Positions 10,641 to 22,470 of a stretch of DNA of 64,000 bases are shown one piece after another. How positions within the stretch are numbered: position 1 is the first letter of the stretch; each line of letters begins with the position of its first letter. The translations under genes and the position numbers were made by a program. This stretch comes from Histomonas meleagridis 2922-C6/04-290x (Eukaryota > Protista > Parabasalia), in the NCBI GenBank assembly GCA_020184695.1, contig JAANOX010000233.1, positions 62,001 to 126,000 on the forward strand, given 5' to 3'. The notes below the pieces were generated by a model. It was given only the letters and a program-made list of their open reading frames with translations. It searched no databases and was not told the DNA's origin.

Positions 10641-10819
10641 TATGAAATATGTTTTATTCTTTTATTATAATAAATTATACATTTCAAAGAATTTAATATT
10701 TTGTCGTTCAGACGGTTATTAATTCAATTTTGAGTCAACAAAATCATTTTTTCAATTCATTCGGTTAACGTTCGATATTTGTTACTTGTAAATCATTCAA
10801 TTTCCATTGGAACAATTAT

Positions 10820-11560
10820 ATGTTTTTGTTTGTTCTGTGCATTATTGGACAACAAAAAACAGAGGACATCCAGAAAAAGGTCAAACTTGTTCATGTGAGT
10901 CGGCCAGGTGGTAAAATAAATACGAAAATCAACCAGAAAATTGTGCTATGCCAAGATAATAACACAGAAGAAACAACAGAACAATCAACAATAGAAGAGC
11001 CAATAGTGAGCACAACAGAAGAAACTACTGAAGAAATATCTGAGCAATCAATTGTTAATTCAACAGAAGCAGCAACAGAGGAAACAACGGAAATTACACC
11101 AGAACAATCAACGGAAATTACACCAGAACAATCAACGGAAAATACTACAGAAGAAACCACTGAAGGAATATCTGAACAATCAATTGTTAATTCAACAGAA
11201 GCAACAACAGAGGAAACAACAATTGCATCAGAACAATTGACAGGAGAAGCATCAGGCAACTCAACAGAATCGGAATCAGATGTGACAACAGTTCAATCAA
11301 CAGAAGAAATTACAGAGCATACAACAGAAGACACCAAATCTGAACAGGAATCCAACACCACATCAAGCTCAGTAGTCATTCCGTCCAATAACTACTCGTC
11401 ACTGATCGCTGTCCTATGCGTATTTATCATAATTGCTGCATTGGGCGTTTACCTATACACCAAAGTAAACTGTAAAAAGTCACCAAATAACGAACCAACC
11501 ATTCAACCATTGGATGTTTTGGATGATGACGATGACATATTTGCAGATATTGATAAATAA
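10820..11560 (+). CDS. Mucin-like T/E/S-rich type I membrane protein
   Basis: Hydrophobic N-terminus, STEETTEE repeats, TM segment LIAVLCVFIIIAALGVYLY, acidic tail. Confidence 0.8.
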   Translation: MFLFVLCIIGQQKTEDIQKKVKLVHVSRPGGKINTKINQKIVLCQDNNTEETTEQSTIEEPIVSTTEETTEEISEQSIVNSTEAATEETTEITPEQSTEITPEQSTENTTEETTEGISEQSIVNSTEATTEETTIASEQLTGEASGNSTESESDVTTVQSTEEITEHTTEDTKSEQESNTTSSSVVIPSNNYSSLIAVLCVFIIIAALGVYLYTKVNCKKSPNNEPTIQPLDVLDDDDDIFADIDK

Positions 11561-12264
11561 ATTTTATTTAATCAAACAAATGTAATGAAAACGAAGTTTT
11601 ATTTGTTGTGTTTTTGTTTTATTTATCATTTTGTAAGAAATTTTTATTATGAAGATGATTTTAATTCTAAGACTAAAGATTATTTATATTATTTTCTTGT
11701 ATTGCTTCAATAAACTATTATTATATACCGGTACATTTCTTTAAATGCAATTAAACATTTCATTTATTCCTTCGCCTGTTTCAACATTTGCTTGAAACAA
11801 TTCAACATACAATTCTTTATCCTTTTTCTTTCCCTTTTAAATTATTTACATTTCCCTTTTTTCATAGATTTTTTATTCCTGCTTAAAAAAATAGTTCAAT
11901 GAAAAGTTTAATATAGATTTTAATAATGTGAAAGAGCTTGTTTTTATTTAACATGAGAAGCAGATAAACAGAATTTATATAAATGTTCTGTAGCTAAACA
12001 TTTACATCCCCTCAAGATAATTAAATGACACTTATGTTATTTTTTAATTATTAATTTGAAGTTCCTTCAATACTGAGAGATTGTTAACATTCATTCACAA
12101 CAAATAACAATGTCAGAATTTCGTTAATTGTTTGGAAGGTTTGATCTGATTTAGCAAATCTTCCATTCTAGAACACATCTTAATCACCAAAAATGAAATC
12201 CGTTTGAAACTAATTTATTAAATAAATAGCGCTTTATTATCGAATACACAACCTAAACATTCAT

Positions 12265-15200
12265 CTACAGCCATGGCGACCATCCCTTGAACATTCGGCA
12301 CAAGTTCTTTGGATCCATTGCCTGATTTATTAGAGCGTTCACTTGTTCGGTCACTTTGAGTCTTGTTGTTTGCAAGAAGTCTCTTCCATTTAATTTGTCC
12401 AAAATTCGATTGACAACTTTAATCACTTGATTCGAATTTTTTTCATCTTTTTCATTTTCTGTCCATTGCATTAAAGGGTCATAAATGAATGCCTCCAAAA
12501 GTTCCATTATATGTGCACCATTACTCCTCAGTAAAGACATTGAATTTTCACAACAGCTCCTAAACGTTCCCTCGATTTGGGACACCTCTAAACCGTTAAC
12601 GAGGACCCGAGTTAACCGAAATGGCACTTTTTCTGGATATGATTCCCTTTTGGTCGCAACCTCGAAACAATCGCCAAAGTCAATGTGCACCAATTTAGCA
12701 GTTTTGTTGTTCATCATTATGTTACATAGATGTCTATCACCTAGTCCTAAGATATATCCGGCCATTGAGTTCATTGCTAAAGATGTAGAATAATTTGTTC
12801 TTCTTTCTAACCAATCATGAGAACTCCGAGCTCCTTCAAATAGCAAATGCTTTATGTCATTACCATCATTAGAAGCTAAACCTTTTTCAAAGGCTTCTCT
12901 CTTTTTTGATAATGGCAAGTTATCATAATTCGGAAACATCTTCTTAATATTAATATATTCTTCTTCTATTTGTATCCCATGTTTAGCCCTATATTGCTTG
13001 ATCAAATCAAACAATGTCGTGCATTGGGGCACCCAACCGATCAAACCGACCTTAACGGTCAACGGAATCACTTTATAAGTCGAAATTGTTAATCGTGATT
13101 TTAATGGAAAATTACTACTTTCTACAAGTGTATTAATGTATGAGAAAAGTTGCATAACTCGTTCATCTAATCGTGTATCTTCATTTGCTTTAAGTAAAAA
13201 TGTATATTTCTGTCCATTGTTTCCATATATTCCCATCTTTCGTGGCCTTTGCTTGGATTTTATTAAGTGTAATGTCTTCTTGAAACTTTGAATTGTGATT
13301 AATTGTTCATTAAATGCATACATTCCTGGTACGGCTATTTCGCAATTGTTAAGATTGTAAAGTAATGGCGATGCATCTTCGAGTGGAACAGTGTCCATTC
13401 CTTTTGTAATACCTCGAAGTTTGTTAAATAAGATAATTAATAATTGCCATGATTGATGAAGGGCACGTTCGTCTCGCTTTTCTTTGTAAATCTGCATCCA
13501 TCTGTCTGCGTGATAAAGAGTTTGACCAAATTGTGATAAAAATGATACCTCATAAAATGTTTTTGGAGAACTTTGTGAAATTTCATGAAGTGGTGCTAAC
13601 AATGATAACATAGCTTCAGGGTCTTTATGAACAAAGAAAGCACGAGAAGCATCGTCAATGTTATTTTGAACAATTTCCCACCAAGAAACAGCAACTCGCA
13701 TTAATTCCCTAGCAAGTCGTAATACACCATCAACAATTACAGGGTACTTTAATCTAAGCTTATCAAAAGATTCTTTTGCAATACAACTTTTGTCAGAATT
13801 ATCAGATTTATATGGAACAAGCAATGAATAAAGTACTACTTGTGGATGTTCTTCCCCAATTGAACATATAAGATTATTAACGATCCTTCTTAACTCAGGA
13901 ATACCAGATGTTAATCTCGCAATTAATTGAGGTATGACTTCAACCCAAATATGAACAGGTATCTGTGACACTTTTGTTTCAAAAATTTCGTAAATTTCAG
14001 TGTTTCCTTTTCTGAATAAAGTTGACAAAACTCGTAAGGCGTACGTTAAAGGACTTGATATTGTACTAAAGTTCGATAACAAATCCATTGAAGTCTTAAA
14101 TGATTCAGATAAATAATGTGGTTCTTTAGTAACTTCATAAAGAATCATATTAACACGAGACCAAGTTAATGAAGCTTCATTATGTATTATGTTACCATTA
14201 TTTTTAAGTAATTCATAAGCATCTGGATAACGTTTATCTTCTATCAGCCAATCACATAAGGTAGTTATTGCTTTACTTAAGAAAGATTCATCTTTAATTG
14301 TTGATATTAAATTTGATAATTCAGAAACAGCTCCTGGCTTTGATTCTTCCCGTTTTAATATACTTTCATAATATTTAAGTTTAGTATTAAACTTAGAAGT
14401 AGGTTTAATTTTTGATTGGAGATATTGAATAGTAGATGAAGCAATTGAAAAATCTTTTTTATCAATTGCTGCTTCAATAAATCGTATAAAATGGTTTTTA
14501 GTTTGTTTTAATCCCAAAATGAATGTTTCAATTGTTAAAAATTGATACATAATACCAGTTTCATCATGAGTAATATTAAACAATACATCCCACTTTTTGA
14601 TAAAGTTGTCAATTCTCTTTGTTGCGTAATTTCTTTCATTTGGAATTGGACTTTTTTGTAATTTTAACATTTTTTTGTATGTTATAGCTTGTTCTAATAA
14701 AGATATTGAAGAAACATATGAAAAATCGGATATAATTCTTTCATAATCCTCTGAAATAATTGGGAATAATTTATCGATATAATCATTTTGTATTAACGAA
14801 ATCATTTCTTTTGATTTATCAAATTCATCAATCATTAAATAATAAATTGCTTTAAAATATTTTTCATCTTTTTCATTTAATTTTTCGACAATATTTTTAA
14901 ATCGTTCATAATCCATTAAATTCCATGCTGCAGAAGCCTCATAAACTGTACCTGAGTTTAAAGTAATTTCATTTAATTCTTTAAACTTTAATAATTCCTT
15001 TAAACAATGAAGTTTCCTATGATATAACTTCGAATCATTTGGCGATTCTTTTAACTTTAATTCGTATGAATTTAATGCGTCTTTCCATAAACCCAATTTT
15101 TCACTTAAGACATCTTTTGGTGTGTTTGGTTTTGCAGATCGTAATATACCATTAGCAGCAAGTGTTAGTCCTAATTTTTGATTAATTTGTATCAAGTTTT

Positions 15201-18200
15201 CAGTGGATTCATTATCGCCTTTAGCAAATAACGTTTCATAAGCTCTTAATGATTGTTCTAAGAAGCCGACGTTATAAGAAGCTATAGCTATAGTTTTAAT
15301 ATCTATTGGAATTGGAACTTGTAATACTTCCATTATCTCTATCGCCGACAAAAAATGCCGTAAAATGTTTTGTGGGATATTTTTACTTTTAAAGATACGT
15401 TTTAAGATTTTTTTCATTGTTTTATTATCTTTATCTTGTTGTAAATAGGCTAAAACAAATGATAAAGGATATAATATATTACTAATTCGTGAATAACGTT
15501 CTGTCAATTGAGAACATACACTAATAGCTCTCGATGTAGAATATCGAATTAATGAAGGAAATGTATTCATTCCCCATGTATACCATTGGACATCTTTCCA
15601 ATCCTTTTGTGGAATATTTATTGATATTGGAGTTAAATTAGAACGTGTTGAAGCTGGTGTAGTAAATACATGTGAAGAAGGTAAATTCTTTTTAGATTTC
15701 GTTTCAGGATATACAAGATTTAATGCATCCCCATTTAATGGGATATTCATTTTTAAACATTTTATTACTTCTGATAACAATGGGTTTTGATCGATTTTTA
15801 ATACAGTTTCAATACGAGGTAAATATAATAAAAAATATTCGGTGTTTTGAACTGCGACAACATTTAATATCTCTAATAATTTTGCATGTAAATTATGATT
15901 TAACGGTGCTATTAATATTATCGTACGTATAATTTGTGAATTAAAATTTTCGGTTCCAGAATTTATTAATATTTGTTTAAATTTCGATAAGATTTCATTA
16001 CATATAGAAGTCTTAGATGTATTAAAATATATCCAATTTAATAATGGCGGATATATAATGAAATCTGCTGTTTTAACTAATTTATTAAATGAAACAAATG
16101 CCGAAAATATATTATCAACAATTTTATCATTATAAGATTCAAAATTACTACAAAATAATGTTGCGATTTGTAAGAAATATTTGCTAAATTCTTCTTCGAC
16201 ATATATCATTAACCATTCTGTAATTCGAATTAATGTTGATTTATCTGTTTTGTTCCATTTTTGACATACGAAATCAACAACATGAGGAATTAAAGGTGAA
16301 AACTTTTTCCCTAAAACTGATAAAATCGTTGACATATTCGTTAATAATAATGAAACAGATGAAGGTGAACCATTTATAACTAAATAATTAATTTGTGTTA
16401 ATAACCAATCAATCATAGAATCACCCATTTGTCGATATGTTCTAAATATAGTGAACAATGATTCAATTGCAGATGTATGTAATGTTGATAAAGTTTCATC
16501 TTTTAATATATTAAATATTATACTTAACGCTACACCTACAGATGCATACATTAATGATTGATAAGGATCATTCATATTCGATTGATGAATAAAGAAATTA
16601 ACTGTTTTCAAATGTGGTTTTTGTTTAATGTTTTCATGTTTCTTCTTTAATGACATTATTATTGAAGGTTTAATTGCACCTATTAATGTTAATGTCTTTA
16701 ATAATAATTTCCGTGATATTTCAGACTCAGAAAGTCGTGAAATGTTTATAAGATTAATAAATAAATATGAAAATTTGGTATATATTAATGTACCTAATTC
16801 AGTAAATTCTAATGCATTACATAATAATGATAACGCTGAACTTAATTTTCGTTTTGATGAATTAATTATTAATGAATTATTTAAATGATTAACTAATTTT
16901 TGGATATCAATAACTTCTGGTGCTAAATGTAATATTTCCGCTAATAATTGTAATGAATCAGATGAAAGTTTATTCGGAAAATTTAATATATTTTTAATTA
17001 AATAATGTGAAAACAATTTAAGAAATTCATTATTTTCGCCTAACGTTTGAGATACATTTAAAAAGCAGCCAATATCTTCACTTGTTATACTTTTTTGATC
17101 AGTAATTTTCTCGAGTAGAAATTGTTTTAATATTAATTCAACTTTCGGATCATCAAGTAATAATGTCAATGATTTTAATGCTTCTCTTCGAACATTCATA
17201 TCGAAGTCATGTAATAATGCATGTAATAAACTAATGATACCAGGAATTGCACTATTTTTAACATTAGATAATATTTCTAATCGTAATTTAGAATTAGGTT
17301 CCGAACAAGCAGCAACAAGTAATAATTGTGCGATATCTGGTGATTCTGTTTTAGTTTGATATGAAAGACAAAACTTAACAACAATTTCTCGTATTTTTAA
17401 ATCTTCATGTGTTAAATATGAAGAAAAATGGATAACTAATGGTAATGTTAATAATGAGATATCAATGTTCATCTTAACCATTGTTTGAAATGCTAATAGA
17501 ACTCGTTCTTTTTGTGGGTTTTGTGAAAACAATTTTATTGATATTATTGATAATATTTGTTTATGTATCGATTTCTTTGAATCCGGATGAATGTTTAAAT
17601 ATTGTATTAATCCTTTTACCATTAATTTGTTTAAAGGATGTGAAAATACTAATGAAAAATCATTATAATATTGTTTCTCATTAGTTGATATTATAGATAT
17701 TAATGCATATACACTTTCCGAATCTAATAAATCAATAATAATCGATCGACAATTATCAATAATTTCTAATTCTGCTTTAGTTAATGAATTACTTCGTAAA
17801 AAAATATATTTACCTAATGATACTAATGCACATTTTCGTGATTGTGATCTTCTTCCAATTAAATTTTTATATTGCGTTAATAATTTGATATTCGTTTCAT
17901 CAGAAAATACTGGCGAAGCTGTTAATAATGCAAATGGTATTAAATTTAATATCGAGTTTTGAATGTTTAAATCTCGTTCTTGTAATAAGCTGATTTGTAA
18001 TTCATTAAAGATAAAACAACCCGAAATTTCTGGATTTCGTTTAAGAATAGAATATGATGCTTTAAGTGCAATGTCATATAAATTCCATGAGTCACTATTT
18101 AATAAGACAAAAAGTTTTGCAGAAATACAAATAATTATAAATTTGAAAATTGGTGATTTCGATTGTTTTAAAATGACTTTAAAACAATGATATGTTTCAT

Positions 18201-18789
18201 TAACAACTTCTTGATTATCAGAAGAAAAACCTGTAATGATTACTTCTTCCATTTTTTGGAGTTGATCAATAGAAGATGAAAAATATGTTATCATTAAAGA
18301 ATATAATTTTAGCCCTGAAATAAATTGGTCTGAATCACTACTACTACAATATCGACTGGCCATCGTAAGAAACGGATTTACAATAAGATGAAGAAAACTT
18401 TTTAATGATCGAGATAACCATTGTAAAATTTGAGATAATAAATCCCAAAGTAATGGATCTGGACTAAGTTGTATATTTACAAGATCACGCGCAATTCGAT
18501 TAGCAGTTGAAACCTTATTTCCAAGTTTAACATCAATTAATGCAGCAAGTAAAGTTAAATAATTAATTGTGTTTTGATTAAGTTGAGGAAGAGAAATTGC
18601 CATAAATAATTCATCGATGAAAAATGATTCTTCATTAGAATCTTGTGCCTCTTTAAATTGATTTGCTACAAAGAGTTGAAATTGACTTATAGCAACTGAG
18701 TATTCAATTGTCCCAAACTTCCGTGCCAAACTCGTAACTTTATTGATATGATTTTGAAGAGTTTGGCCTATGAGCGGGTTGTGCTGCAT
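12265..18789 (-). CDS. TOR: TOR serine/threonine kinase (HEAT, FAT, FRB, PIKK, FATC)
   Basis: FLLKANEDTRLDERVMQLF, GYILGLGDRH, HIDFGDCFE and EKVPFRLTR kinase motifs; FRB VSWWE...ASRAFF; terminal FATC; 2174 aa. Confidence 0.97.
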   Translation of the reverse strand: MQHNPLIGQTLQNHINKVTSLARKFGTIEYSVAISQFQLFVANQFKEAQDSNEESFFIDELFMAISLPQLNQNTINYLTLLAALIDVKLGNKVSTANRIARDLVNIQLSPDPLLWDLLSQILQWLSRSLKSFLHLIVNPFLTMASRYCSSSDSDQFISGLKLYSLMITYFSSSIDQLQKMEEVIITGFSSDNQEVVNETYHCFKVILKQSKSPIFKFIIICISAKLFVLLNSDSWNLYDIALKASYSILKRNPEISGCFIFNELQISLLQERDLNIQNSILNLIPFALLTASPVFSDETNIKLLTQYKNLIGRRSQSRKCALVSLGKYIFLRSNSLTKAELEIIDNCRSIIIDLLDSESVYALISIISTNEKQYYNDFSLVFSHPLNKLMVKGLIQYLNIHPDSKKSIHKQILSIISIKLFSQNPQKERVLLAFQTMVKMNIDISLLTLPLVIHFSSYLTHEDLKIREIVVKFCLSYQTKTESPDIAQLLLVAACSEPNSKLRLEILSNVKNSAIPGIISLLHALLHDFDMNVRREALKSLTLLLDDPKVELILKQFLLEKITDQKSITSEDIGCFLNVSQTLGENNEFLKLFSHYLIKNILNFPNKLSSDSLQLLAEILHLAPEVIDIQKLVNHLNNSLIINSSKRKLSSALSLLCNALEFTELGTLIYTKFSYLFINLINISRLSESEISRKLLLKTLTLIGAIKPSIIMSLKKKHENIKQKPHLKTVNFFIHQSNMNDPYQSLMYASVGVALSIIFNILKDETLSTLHTSAIESLFTIFRTYRQMGDSMIDWLLTQINYLVINGSPSSVSLLLTNMSTILSVLGKKFSPLIPHVVDFVCQKWNKTDKSTLIRITEWLMIYVEEEFSKYFLQIATLFCSNFESYNDKIVDNIFSAFVSFNKLVKTADFIIYPPLLNWIYFNTSKTSICNEILSKFKQILINSGTENFNSQIIRTIILIAPLNHNLHAKLLEILNVVAVQNTEYFLLYLPRIETVLKIDQNPLLSEVIKCLKMNIPLNGDALNLVYPETKSKKNLPSSHVFTTPASTRSNLTPISINIPQKDWKDVQWYTWGMNTFPSLIRYSTSRAISVCSQLTERYSRISNILYPLSFVLAYLQQDKDNKTMKKILKRIFKSKNIPQNILRHFLSAIEIMEVLQVPIPIDIKTIAIASYNVGFLEQSLRAYETLFAKGDNESTENLIQINQKLGLTLAANGILRSAKPNTPKDVLSEKLGLWKDALNSYELKLKESPNDSKLYHRKLHCLKELLKFKELNEITLNSGTVYEASAAWNLMDYERFKNIVEKLNEKDEKYFKAIYYLMIDEFDKSKEMISLIQNDYIDKLFPIISEDYERIISDFSYVSSISLLEQAITYKKMLKLQKSPIPNERNYATKRIDNFIKKWDVLFNITHDETGIMYQFLTIETFILGLKQTKNHFIRFIEAAIDKKDFSIASSTIQYLQSKIKPTSKFNTKLKYYESILKREESKPGAVSELSNLISTIKDESFLSKAITTLCDWLIEDKRYPDAYELLKNNGNIIHNEASLTWSRVNMILYEVTKEPHYLSESFKTSMDLLSNFSTISSPLTYALRVLSTLFRKGNTEIYEIFETKVSQIPVHIWVEVIPQLIARLTSGIPELRRIVNNLICSIGEEHPQVVLYSLLVPYKSDNSDKSCIAKESFDKLRLKYPVIVDGVLRLARELMRVAVSWWEIVQNNIDDASRAFFVHKDPEAMLSLLAPLHEISQSSPKTFYEVSFLSQFGQTLYHADRWMQIYKEKRDERALHQSWQLLIILFNKLRGITKGMDTVPLEDASPLLYNLNNCEIAVPGMYAFNEQLITIQSFKKTLHLIKSKQRPRKMGIYGNNGQKYTFLLKANEDTRLDERVMQLFSYINTLVESSNFPLKSRLTISTYKVIPLTVKVGLIGWVPQCTTLFDLIKQYRAKHGIQIEEEYINIKKMFPNYDNLPLSKKREAFEKGLASNDGNDIKHLLFEGARSSHDWLERRTNYSTSLAMNSMAGYILGLGDRHLCNIMMNNKTAKLVHIDFGDCFEVATKRESYPEKVPFRLTRVLVNGLEVSQIEGTFRSCCENSMSLLRSNGAHIMELLEAFIYDPLMQWTENEKDEKNSNQVIKVVNRILDKLNGRDFLQTTRLKVTEQVNALINQAMDPKNLCRMFKGWSPWL

Positions 18790-19240
18790 TCCTTGGGATA
18801 CGTTTAATATTCAAAAAATGTACCCTCTCAAATATACATTTGTCATCTAACATTAAAATTTCTAATTTCTAAGAAGATATAATTTAAATTATGATATATT
18901 TTTATTATAAAATGAGTGTCTCTGACTAAACAATGTTTTATAAAACATTATCATATGATATTTTTAAATGATTAGAATAAGGGAACAAAATGAAGGACAT
19001 TTGGAAAGCTTTCAGATTTACACTCCATTCAAAAAGTGTATTATCGTCTGATATACGTTATTTTTTATGAGGGCAAGTATTTAAAAATTAATATCGTTAA
19101 AGTAACCGCTATTATTTGAATGCAATAAAAAGGTTTGAATTAAATTGATCTAACTTTTTCATTATTGTTCTAAAAATATTCTATGAGCTCTATCAAAAAG
19201 TGTCATCACAAAATGCATCAAAAGATTGATGTTATAATAT

Positions 19241-22042
19241 ATGAGTAATTCGATTCAAGATCTTGTTTCCTATTTAAACATTGTGGTTAATCTTGAAAAG
19301 GGAGGTAAGAAATTCATGGAATTCTCAGATAAAATCAGAAGAAAAGCAGCGCCATATGGAGAATATCCAGGAATATTAAAGAATTTAGATGATTCATTAC
19401 TTAAAGTAATTGGTGAAGTTCTTAGACAATTTAGTTGTTGCTTATTAAAAGGGGATGAAATTCAAGAAAAAAAATTTTGTTTAGCAATTGATGCATTATG
19501 TACAGCATCATTATCTTTTTCATGTTTATACATTCGAGATAAGAATCCACAAACATTTAATCGAGCATTTTCTACATTAGAAAAAGCAAGTCAAATTGGC
19601 TCAAGTGTCACATCTAAATATGGAAACATTTGTTTATCGTCTGGATTTAACATCGGCGCTTATTTATTCAAGGAAAAATTTTATGATTCCTCATTAATAT
19701 TAATGAATTTCATCATAAAAAACGCTGAAAGATCCGGATTCGATCATTTATTAGGGAAATCATATCGATTAAAAGCATTATGTTTAGTAGCAAATCAAAT
19801 TCCTAATGAAAATGAGTTTTATGATTCCATTATTAAATCAGACTCAAGAATAACAATATTATATGCATGGATTTCATTAATTCCGCCTAAAAATCCGGAA
19901 CTTGTATATCAATTCATAACACCAGAAATGGATATCACGAAATTATTACCATATTTTGTATTGAATGGCTTTTTTTCTGTTATCAAAGATACTGAATTTG
20001 AAGTAATTTATCCGAATTTAAACATTCCAAATATCAATTTAATGAGTAGTCAAAATCTTGAAGTAACTTTACGACGTTTAAATGAATTATTTAATAATGC
20101 GATGTATTATGAATGTATTCAATCGGGAATTAATTTATTAAAAATATTTCCAATATCAAAAGTTAAACCACTTGAAATGATTGCGTTATTATTTATCTAT
20201 TATTGGATCATTGAATCGAACATATGTTTAGAGCGAATCGAAATTAGTGAATGGTATTCTAAAGAAATGCAAAATGTATTTAAGAAATATCCATTTACTA
20301 AAGGCTTTGGTAAATTTTTAGAGATCAAATGTAAAATCAAAAGATCGAAATTTAATGACATTAATATTCAAATACCGAAATTACAATTTGAGAATTTCAT
20401 TAATTGGAATTGTATTAAAACGTTATTAGATGCCATCTATTTATCGATTCATTATGACGAACGATGTTTTTATTATTATCAAAAAGTATTTGAAGATAAT
20501 AATATCATTATCAAAAGAGAAGCATTTCATTATTATGTTACATCATGTCGATTATTTTCTATTTCTCCAGATTTAAATTCATTTTATGACTTATGTCAAA
20601 GTAGTAATGAAACTAAGTCATTATATTTATATCATTCAGTTATCGAAATGTTAAAATATGAAAATATTAATGAATTTTGGTCTTATCATAATATTATTGA
20701 ACCACCATTAAAACTTATACAAATGTTAGATCGAGCTATATCTTATGTCCCTTGCAATTGTATCATATTACGAAGATTATATCAATTAAAAGCATTAATT
20801 ATCGGAACAAGTAATACCATTCAAACAGTGAATTTAATTACTTCTTCTTTATCATTATCAATTGATATATATTTAGACAAATATTTAATTGATCCACATT
20901 TCAAAATCCCTTTTTCGATATTATCAATAGTATATATTAATATTCCGGGATTAGATAAATGTTTATTATTTGCTTTAAGTCATCCATACTCGAAACCTTT
21001 AGTTGTACGTATAATAACAAATGATAAATTCGATGAAATAATTGAAGACTTTGATGAGATACAATCGAACTCAATGAATATCTCGAGCTCATTATCAAAT
21101 GAAATTTGGTGGCATCAAAAGTTCCAACTTAATCAATCATTTGAACAAACTCTAACAAAACTTGAATCACTTTTAGATATATGGAATGGGTTATTTGCTC
21201 CATTAAAATTTTCTCCAACACAAAACGCTTTTACTAGTACATTATATTCGACTTTATTTAAATATCCAAATCTCAAACATAAAATCGATGAAATCCTTAT
21301 CACAAATAATACAAATAAGCCAACAATCGTTGGTAAAATTCCATTAACGTTAATCCTTGGGAAAAAAGTACATAAAATTCCTTGGGAATCATTAAAGATA
21401 GTTAATGAATATCAAATAGTAATAACGCGAATTCCATCGATGAAATTAATAGCGTTACAAAGCCAAAAGAATATACCAATACATATAAACCCGAAATCCG
21501 CATTCTACATACTAAATCCAAAAGGTGATTTACAAGATACTGAAAACACGTTCCAGAAATTATTCGACGAATTTAATTGGAAAGGAATTACCAGAATACT
21601 TCCAAACCCGATGGATATCGAAAACGCAATAAAAACAATGGACTTATTCATATACTGCGGTCATGGAAGTGGTAATGAATATTTCGATTATCATAACTTA
21701 GTCGAAAAGAATATACACTGCAGAGCAACAATGTTTTTGATGGGTTGTTGTAGCGGTGAATTAATTGACGATGGCGAAATCGACCCAAAAGGCGTCCCGT
21801 ACTACTGCAACATCGCGGGCTCTGGTTCGGTGTTAGCGAATTTGTGGAACGTGACGGATAAAGATATCGACAGATTTCTGAAACAATTATTGGAAAATAT
21901 GAGACAAAGCGAATTCTGTAGCCTGGAAGAGGCCGTGATGGCGGCAAGAAGCGCCTGCAAGTTGAGGTACTTAACTGGCGCCGCGCCTGTGATTTATGGG
22001 TTTCCGACTGTGATACATGTTCCGGAAGAAGTGTGCCAATGA
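19241..22042 (+). CDS. ESP1: Separase (peptidase C50)
   Basis: DLFIYCGHGSG (catalytic His), FLMGCCSG (catalytic Cys), ANLWNVTDKDIDRF. Confidence 0.95.
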   Translation: MSNSIQDLVSYLNIVVNLEKGGKKFMEFSDKIRRKAAPYGEYPGILKNLDDSLLKVIGEVLRQFSCCLLKGDEIQEKKFCLAIDALCTASLSFSCLYIRDKNPQTFNRAFSTLEKASQIGSSVTSKYGNICLSSGFNIGAYLFKEKFYDSSLILMNFIIKNAERSGFDHLLGKSYRLKALCLVANQIPNENEFYDSIIKSDSRITILYAWISLIPPKNPELVYQFITPEMDITKLLPYFVLNGFFSVIKDTEFEVIYPNLNIPNINLMSSQNLEVTLRRLNELFNNAMYYECIQSGINLLKIFPISKVKPLEMIALLFIYYWIIESNICLERIEISEWYSKEMQNVFKKYPFTKGFGKFLEIKCKIKRSKFNDINIQIPKLQFENFINWNCIKTLLDAIYLSIHYDERCFYYYQKVFEDNNIIIKREAFHYYVTSCRLFSISPDLNSFYDLCQSSNETKSLYLYHSVIEMLKYENINEFWSYHNIIEPPLKLIQMLDRAISYVPCNCIILRRLYQLKALIIGTSNTIQTVNLITSSLSLSIDIYLDKYLIDPHFKIPFSILSIVYINIPGLDKCLLFALSHPYSKPLVVRIITNDKFDEIIEDFDEIQSNSMNISSSLSNEIWWHQKFQLNQSFEQTLTKLESLLDIWNGLFAPLKFSPTQNAFTSTLYSTLFKYPNLKHKIDEILITNNTNKPTIVGKIPLTLILGKKVHKIPWESLKIVNEYQIVITRIPSMKLIALQSQKNIPIHINPKSAFYILNPKGDLQDTENTFQKLFDEFNWKGITRILPNPMDIENAIKTMDLFIYCGHGSGNEYFDYHNLVEKNIHCRATMFLMGCCSGELIDDGEIDPKGVPYYCNIAGSGSVLANLWNVTDKDIDRFLKQLLENMRQSEFCSLEEAVMAARSACKLRYLTGAAPVIYGFPTVIHVPEEVCQ

Positions 22043-22353
22043 TTTTCTGAGGAATTATTTATGTCATATCGTCATTTGTCCTCAAAAAGTGGTTTGATCA
22101 CTTGTTTTTGACACTTTGCAATGCAACTGGTCAAAAACAATGATATGTTTTTTGTACAAACTGATCAAATGAACAACAAACAATCTTCATTCAAAAAATT
22201 GGTGGATTTCTTTCACTAACCCAAACATTTACGAAACAGAATTCATTCATTCGAATAAGCTCAAAATTGTTTGTATGATTTTCATCGAAAACTGTTGAGA
22301 GATCTTAATGATAATTTTTATTTAATCACTTAATTATGTGGTGATTTTTTTAA

Positions 22354-22470
22354 CCCGTTATTGTATGGGGATAACCAATAACAACAACAAAATGATTACC
22401 CATTAATGTATGGGAAAAATAACAACCAAAAAAATGTTGTCCCATTAATGTATGGGGAAAAAACACAAAC
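22354..22470 (+). repeat. Three copies of CCCRTTAWTGTATGGG at 42-45-nt spacing
   Basis: Copies at about 22354, 22399 and 22441; translate as PL(L/M)YG in one frame that contains a stop. Confidence 0.7.

Noticed and set aside
12485-18190. Short plus-strand ORFs inside TOR (and similar ones inside the ATPase, PITP, TPR and BspA genes)
   Set aside because: Antisense or alternate-frame ORFs without motifs, within well-supported genes.
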